This document shows, piece after piece, positions 58,665 to 63,140 of a DNA stretch of 63,140 nt. Below the pieces are notes generated by a model. The model was not told where the DNA came from. It made no database searches and saw only the letters and a list, made by a program, of their open reading frames with translations. Source of the stretch: Bacilli bacterium (GTDB taxonomy: Bacteria > Bacillota_I > Bacilli_A > RF39 > UBA660); contig JAGBAW010000010.1 of the NCBI GenBank assembly GCA_017938725.1, positions 1-63,140 on the forward strand, read 5' to 3'. The position numbers were made by a program, and so were the translations under genes. The stretch's first letter is position 1. Each line of letters opens with the position of its first letter.

Positions 58665-61607
58665 ATGTATTTAAAAGAAATTAAAGCAAGTGGTTTTAAA
58701 TCATTCGCAGAAAAAATAGGTATTGAATTTACAAGTGGTATATCAGGAATAGTAGGTCCTAATGGATCTGGTAAAAGTAATGTAGTAGATGCAGTTCGCT
58801 GGGTACTAGGTGAACAATCAGTTAAGTCTCTTCGTGGTGAGGGCACTATGAGTGATGTAATATTCTCAGGTAGTAAAAGTAGAAAAGCAGCTAATTATGC
58901 ATCAGTAACGCTTATTTTTGATAATACTGATAAATATTTAAATATAGATTTTGACGAAGTGGAAATAAAAAGAACTATTTATAAAAGTGGAGAAAATGAA
59001 TATTTTATAAATAATACAAAATGTAGATTAAAAGATATTATAGAATTATTTATGGATACAGGAGCATCTAAAGAATCTTTTAATATTATTTCACAAGGTG
59101 ATGTTGCAAATATCTTGTCAGGTAAAGCAGAAGATAGAAGAGTAATATTTGAAGAAGCTGCAGGTGTTTTAAAATATAAAAAGAGAAAAGATGAAGCACT
59201 TAGAAAACTTTCTAAAACTCATGATAATATGACAAGAGTAAATGATATTATTGATGAATTAAATACTACTTTAGAACCTTTAAAAAAACAAAGCGAAGTA
59301 GCTAAAATATATTTAGACAAAAAAGAACAATTAGAAAATGTAGAAATTGCACTTACTATTAATGACATTGAAAAATATAATTTTGAATATAAATTTAGTA
59401 AAGAAAAAATAGAAAACTTAACAGATGAGATAACTAAAATGTTATCAAATAGTTCTAAAGAACAGGCTAAAATAGAGACAATTAAGAATAATATAAATAA
59501 GTTAAATAATGATTTATATTTAAAACAACAAGAGTTAGTCAAAATAAATGGTGAGGTTGAAAGATTATCGGGTGAAAAAAATCTTATTTCTGAAAGAAGT
59601 AAGTATAATTCAAATGATGTAAAACTTCATGATAATATTTTAAATTTAAAAGAAAAAATATTATCAGTAGATACTATGATAAATACACTTACTAAAGAAA
59701 TAGAAAGTGAAAATATTAATAATAAAGATGTATCAAATAAATTAAACGATATAATAGGTAAATTAAATAGTATAGAAAAAGATAAAGAAAAATTAACTAG
59801 TGAATTAAATGAAAAAATAAGGCTTATTACAAATTTAAAACATAGAAAAGATGTATTGATTGATTCAATTGAAAATAATTCATCGCTTCCTTATTCAGTT
59901 AAAAATGTACTTAATAATCCTAAACTTTCAGGTATATATAATGTAGTAGGTAAATTAATTGAATTCGAAGAAAAGTATTCGGATGCTCTTGGAGTATCTT
60001 TAATGAGTGCAGTATCTCATATCGTATGTGATAATGAAAAAGTAGCTAAAAATGCGATTGATTACCTAAGAAATAATAATTTAGGAAGAGCAACTTTTCT
60101 TCCAATTAATGTAATGAAACCTAGAGTTATAGATGAAGAATCTTATAATAAATTAAAATCATCTAAAGGATTTATAGATATTGCTTCTAACTTAGTTAAT
60201 TTTGATGTTAAATATAAAAATGCAATTTTAAATTTGCTTGGATCAGTAGTAATTGTGGATAATATTGATAATGCAAATACAATATCTAAATTAATTAATA
60301 ATAGATATAAAGTAGTAACACTTTTAGGTGAAGTAGTAAATATTGGAGGAAGTATAACAGGTGGTTCTTTAAAGAAAAGTAATATATTAAGTGAAAAATA
60401 TGAACTTGAAAATATACTTCAAAATATAGATGTAACTCAAAGAGATATAAATGAAATAGAAAATAAAATAAATGAAGTTGATGAAAAATATACAAATGTA
60501 GAATATGAAAAGAAAAGTGTTTTAATTACTGTGGATGCGAGTAGTGAAATATTAAAGAATAAAAATAATAAATTAGAGGAACTAATAAGAGATAAAAAAT
60601 CATTTGAACTTGAACTTAATAATAATTTAAATACTGTTAATAATGTAATTTCTAATGAAGAAGAAGAAATATTAAATGAATATTATACTAAAGTAAAAGA
60701 AAAAGAAGAATTAACTATAGAAATAGAAAGAATAGTTAAAAGTTTAAGCAATGAAAAAGAAGAACTTTTAAATAATGAATCTTATTTAAAAACGAGTAAT
60801 TCTGAATTTAATAAACTACAAAATGAATTAAAAGAGCATGAAATAAAGGTTAATAGATTAGATGTTAAATTAGATAATTTACTTAATATATTATCTATAG
60901 ATTATTCTATTACTTATGAAAAAGCAAAAGAAAAATATATTCTTGATATTGATGAAGATACTGCAAGAAGTAAGGTAAATACCTTAAAAAGAGAAATAAA
61001 GGAACTTGGTGATGTTAATGTATCTTCAATAGAAGAATATGAAAGAGTATCTGAAAGATATAATTTTCTTCAAAAACAAAAGGAAGATTTAATAAATGCA
61101 GAAAATATGCTTCTAGAAATAATAAATGAAATGGATGAAGTTATGAAAGTAAACTTTTCTGAAACATTTGAAAAAATAAAAGAGGCATTCTCTGAAACAT
61201 TTAAAATATTATTTGGTGGAGGAAGAGCTGAACTTAAATTAACTGATCCAAGTAATATACTTGAAACAGGTATAGATATAATTGCTCTTCCACCAGGAAA
61301 GAAACTTCAACATATATCACTTCTATCAGGAGGAGAAAAAACTCTTACTGCAATATCACTTTTATTTGCAATCCTTAAGGTTAGACCTGTTCCATTTTGC
61401 ATTTTAGATGAAGTTGAGGCAGCTCTTGATGAAGTAAATGTGGATAATTTTGGTAAATTTTTATCTAAATTTAAAGGTGATACACAGTTTATAATTATTA
61501 CCCATAAGAAAAAAACTATGGAGTATGCAGATGTTTTATATGGTATAACAATGCAAGAATCTGGTGTATCAAAATTAGTAAGTGTCAAATTAGAAGAATT
61601 AAAATAA
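58665..61607 (+). CDS. smc: chromosome segregation protein SMC
   Basis: GPNGSGKSN Walker A, long coiled coils, a central hinge (GRATFLP), LSGGEK signature and ILDEVEAALD Walker B. 980 aa, short for SMC. Confidence 0.9.
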   Translation: MYLKEIKASGFKSFAEKIGIEFTSGISGIVGPNGSGKSNVVDAVRWVLGEQSVKSLRGEGTMSDVIFSGSKSRKAANYASVTLIFDNTDKYLNIDFDEVEIKRTIYKSGENEYFINNTKCRLKDIIELFMDTGASKESFNIISQGDVANILSGKAEDRRVIFEEAAGVLKYKKRKDEALRKLSKTHDNMTRVNDIIDELNTTLEPLKKQSEVAKIYLDKKEQLENVEIALTINDIEKYNFEYKFSKEKIENLTDEITKMLSNSSKEQAKIETIKNNINKLNNDLYLKQQELVKINGEVERLSGEKNLISERSKYNSNDVKLHDNILNLKEKILSVDTMINTLTKEIESENINNKDVSNKLNDIIGKLNSIEKDKEKLTSELNEKIRLITNLKHRKDVLIDSIENNSSLPYSVKNVLNNPKLSGIYNVVGKLIEFEEKYSDALGVSLMSAVSHIVCDNEKVAKNAIDYLRNNNLGRATFLPINVMKPRVIDEESYNKLKSSKGFIDIASNLVNFDVKYKNAILNLLGSVVIVDNIDNANTISKLINNRYKVVTLLGEVVNIGGSITGGSLKKSNILSEKYELENILQNIDVTQRDINEIENKINEVDEKYTNVEYEKKSVLITVDASSEILKNKNNKLEELIRDKKSFELELNNNLNTVNNVISNEEEEILNEYYTKVKEKEELTIEIERIVKSLSNEKEELLNNESYLKTSNSEFNKLQNELKEHEIKVNRLDVKLDNLLNILSIDYSITYEKAKEKYILDIDEDTARSKVNTLKREIKELGDVNVSSIEEYERVSERYNFLQKQKEDLINAENMLLEIINEMDEVMKVNFSETFEKIKEAFSETFKILFGGGRAELKLTDPSNILETGIDIIALPPGKKLQHISLLSGGEKTLTAISLLFAILKVRPVPFCILDEVEAALDEVNVDNFGKFLSKFKGDTQFIIITHKKKTMEYADVLYGITMQESGVSKLVSVKLEELK

Positions 61608-61667
61608 AAATACTTTACGTTGTTATGTATATTTTAAATAATATTTGTAAAACAATAACCAGGTTGA

Positions 61668-61696
61668 TTGACATGTTTATGTATAAAGTGTAATAT
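61668..61696 (+). promoter_or_regulatory. sigma-A promoter of the tandem surface-protein genes
   Basis: TTGACA, 17 nt spacer, TAATAT. Confidence 0.55.
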
Positions 61697-61723
61697 TAAT
61701 TATGATAGATATAGGAGGATAAA

Positions 61724-62347
61724 ATGAGTAACAAAATAAGAAATGTAGTTTTAATAATTTTAGCTATAGCATTAATTGGTATGACAATAGTATATGCAGC
61801 ATTATCACAAACATTAAATATTACTTCAACTGCAAAGGTTAAAGCTTCAACATGGGATATACACTTTGCAAATTTAAGCGAAGCAACCAAGGTTGGTGGT
61901 GCAAATGTTACAACACCACCAACACTTGCAAGTACAACAATATCAGGGCTTGATGTATCACTAGTTAAACCTGGTGATTCAGTATCATATACATTTGATG
62001 TTGTTAATAATGGTTCAATAGATGCAAATCTTGGGACATACACTATAAATACAAAGGGTAATGGAATAACTTGTACAGATTCTAGTGGTTCTACAACTAG
62101 TTCAAATGCAACTAATGTATGTAATAATTTAATATTTACATTAACATATAACACTGCAACAACAGCAGCACAAACAGGAACTGCAATATCAGCAGGTACG
62201 GCTGTTGCAAAAAATCAAAAACTAAAAGCAGGCCAAACAGTAAAATTAAAACTTACAGTAACATTTAATTCAGCAGCTACATCAGTTCCAACTTCAGACG
62301 TTACAATATCAGGTTTAAATTCTACATTAGTATATGATCAACAATAA
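61724..62347 (+). CDS. N-terminally anchored Thr/Ser-rich secreted/surface protein, paralog A
   Basis: AGGAGG RBS and a single N-terminal hydrophobic segment. Conserved YAALSQTLNITSTAKVKASTWD.HFAN and GNGITCTDS.GSTTSSNAT.VCNN blocks are shared with paralog B. Confidence 0.6.
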   Translation: MSNKIRNVVLIILAIALIGMTIVYAALSQTLNITSTAKVKASTWDIHFANLSEATKVGGANVTTPPTLASTTISGLDVSLVKPGDSVSYTFDVVNNGSIDANLGTYTINTKGNGITCTDSSGSTTSSNATNVCNNLIFTLTYNTATTAAQTGTAISAGTAVAKNQKLKAGQTVKLKLTVTFNSAATSVPTSDVTISGLNSTLVYDQQ

Positions 62348-62358
62348 TAGGAGGAAAA

Positions 62359-62976
62359 ATGAATAATAAAGTAAAAAATACAATTTTAATTATATTAGCT
62401 ATTGGAATAGTTGGTATGACAATAGCATACGCAGCATTATCACAAACATTAAATATTACTTCAACTGCAAAGGTTAAGGCATCAACATGGGATGTACACT
62501 TTGCAAATGGTGGAACTGTTGGTACAACAGGTTCAGCAACTGTTGCGACACAACCAACTCTTGCAAATACAACAATATCAGGGTTAGTAGTTGAATTAAC
62601 TAAACCAAATGATAAAATACAATATACATTTGATGTATATAATGCAGGTACAATAGATGCAATATTAAGTACTTATACACTTAATTCAAAAGGCAATGGA
62701 ATAACTTGTACAGATTCTGAAGGATCTACAACTAGTTCAAATGCAACTACTGTATGTAATAATCTAACATTTACATTAACTTATACAAACAATACAACAG
62801 CAGCACAAACAGGAACTGTAATAACAGCAGGCTCACCAGTTGCAAAAAATCAACAATTAAAAGCACGTCAAAAAGTAAATTTAACATTAACAGTATCATA
62901 TAGTGGAAATTCCGTACCATCTTCTGATATTACAATAGGCGGACTTGATGCATCATTAATATATACTCAAAATTAA
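62359..62976 (+). CDS. N-terminally anchored Thr/Ser-rich secreted/surface protein, paralog B
   Basis: Same architecture as 61724-62347 and 11 nt downstream of it. Confidence 0.6.
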   Translation: MNNKVKNTILIILAIGIVGMTIAYAALSQTLNITSTAKVKASTWDVHFANGGTVGTTGSATVATQPTLANTTISGLVVELTKPNDKIQYTFDVYNAGTIDAILSTYTLNSKGNGITCTDSEGSTTSSNATTVCNNLTFTLTYTNNTTAAQTGTVITAGSPVAKNQQLKARQKVNLTLTVSYSGNSVPSSDITIGGLDASLIYTQN

Positions 62977-63140
62977 AAAACAAAATTATTACTATTTTGT
63001 TCAGAGTGTTGACAAACTACCTATTTTTAAAAATTTAATATTTTAGTGAATTGAAAGTGGTAGAAAAATGTCAAAATATAAGTAATTTTAGATATTAAAA
63101 CCCTAAAATTGCTATTTTTTTGCTCTTTTGTGGGTGATAT

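Noticed and set aside
58066-58846. Plus-strand ORFs 58066-58272 and 58256-58495 inside sigK, and minus-strand ORF 58568-58846 across the smc start.
   Set aside because: All are antisense to confidently identified genes. The 92-aa ORF is simply the reverse frame of the SMC Walker A region.
61696-62154. A 152-aa minus-strand ORF overlapping surface-protein paralog A.
   Set aside because: The plus-strand gene has a promoter, an AGGAGG RBS and a conserved tandem paralog. The antisense frame has none of these.

Overview
This 63 kb window comes from a very AT-rich, low-GC Firmicute that forms endospores. Sporulation genes present are sigG, sigK, gerE, gerM, a spoIIIAH-like gene, yqfC, yqfD and ylmC/ymxH. 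A desulfoferrodoxin gene suggests an anaerobe. Most of the window is housekeeping sequence arranged in Bacillus-like synteny blocks:
- holA, tmcAL/ylbM, yceD-rpmF, pyk
- rnc-cdsA-rseP-fmt, rpmB, dnaE, gmk
- a PBP gene, rpmG, ldh, efp
- rpsU-yqeY-yqfC-yqfD-ybeY-cdd-era-yqzL-recO-glyQS
- sepF-divIVA, ileS, smc

Several core proteins are short (DnaE 968 aa, SMC 980 aa), which fits a reduced genome. Three regions look accessory.
1. A roughly 9.9 kb island sits directly after tRNA-Arg(UCU), about 27495-37410.
   - It carries a large serine recombinase, a MobV relaxase with an oriT-like hairpin cluster, and a string of small cargo modules.
   - The cargo is two transglutaminase-like paralogs, a frameshifted P-loop gene, a DUF488-like gene, an unannotated type I toxin/antisense-RNA pair, a GNAT gene and a Ppx/GppA-like gene.
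   - Each module is bounded by a repeated junction that copies the layout of the tRNA 3' end: hairpin, about 7 nt, GCACC(A), then a terminator hairpin.
   - I consider this cassette-like partitioning the most interesting signal in the window.
2. A C39-peptidase ABC exporter is followed by two small ORFs that are absent from the ORF track. Both have double-glycine leaders, so this is a putative two-peptide bacteriocin locus.
3. Two tandem, mosaic paralogs at the right edge encode Thr/Ser-rich proteins with an N-terminal membrane anchor.

Two T-box leaders are visible. Each controls an extra gene placed ahead of the aminoacyl-tRNA synthetase gene. I saw no CRISPR array, rRNA gene or prophage structural genes. 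All calls rest on motif recognition and manual folding only; no searches were run.
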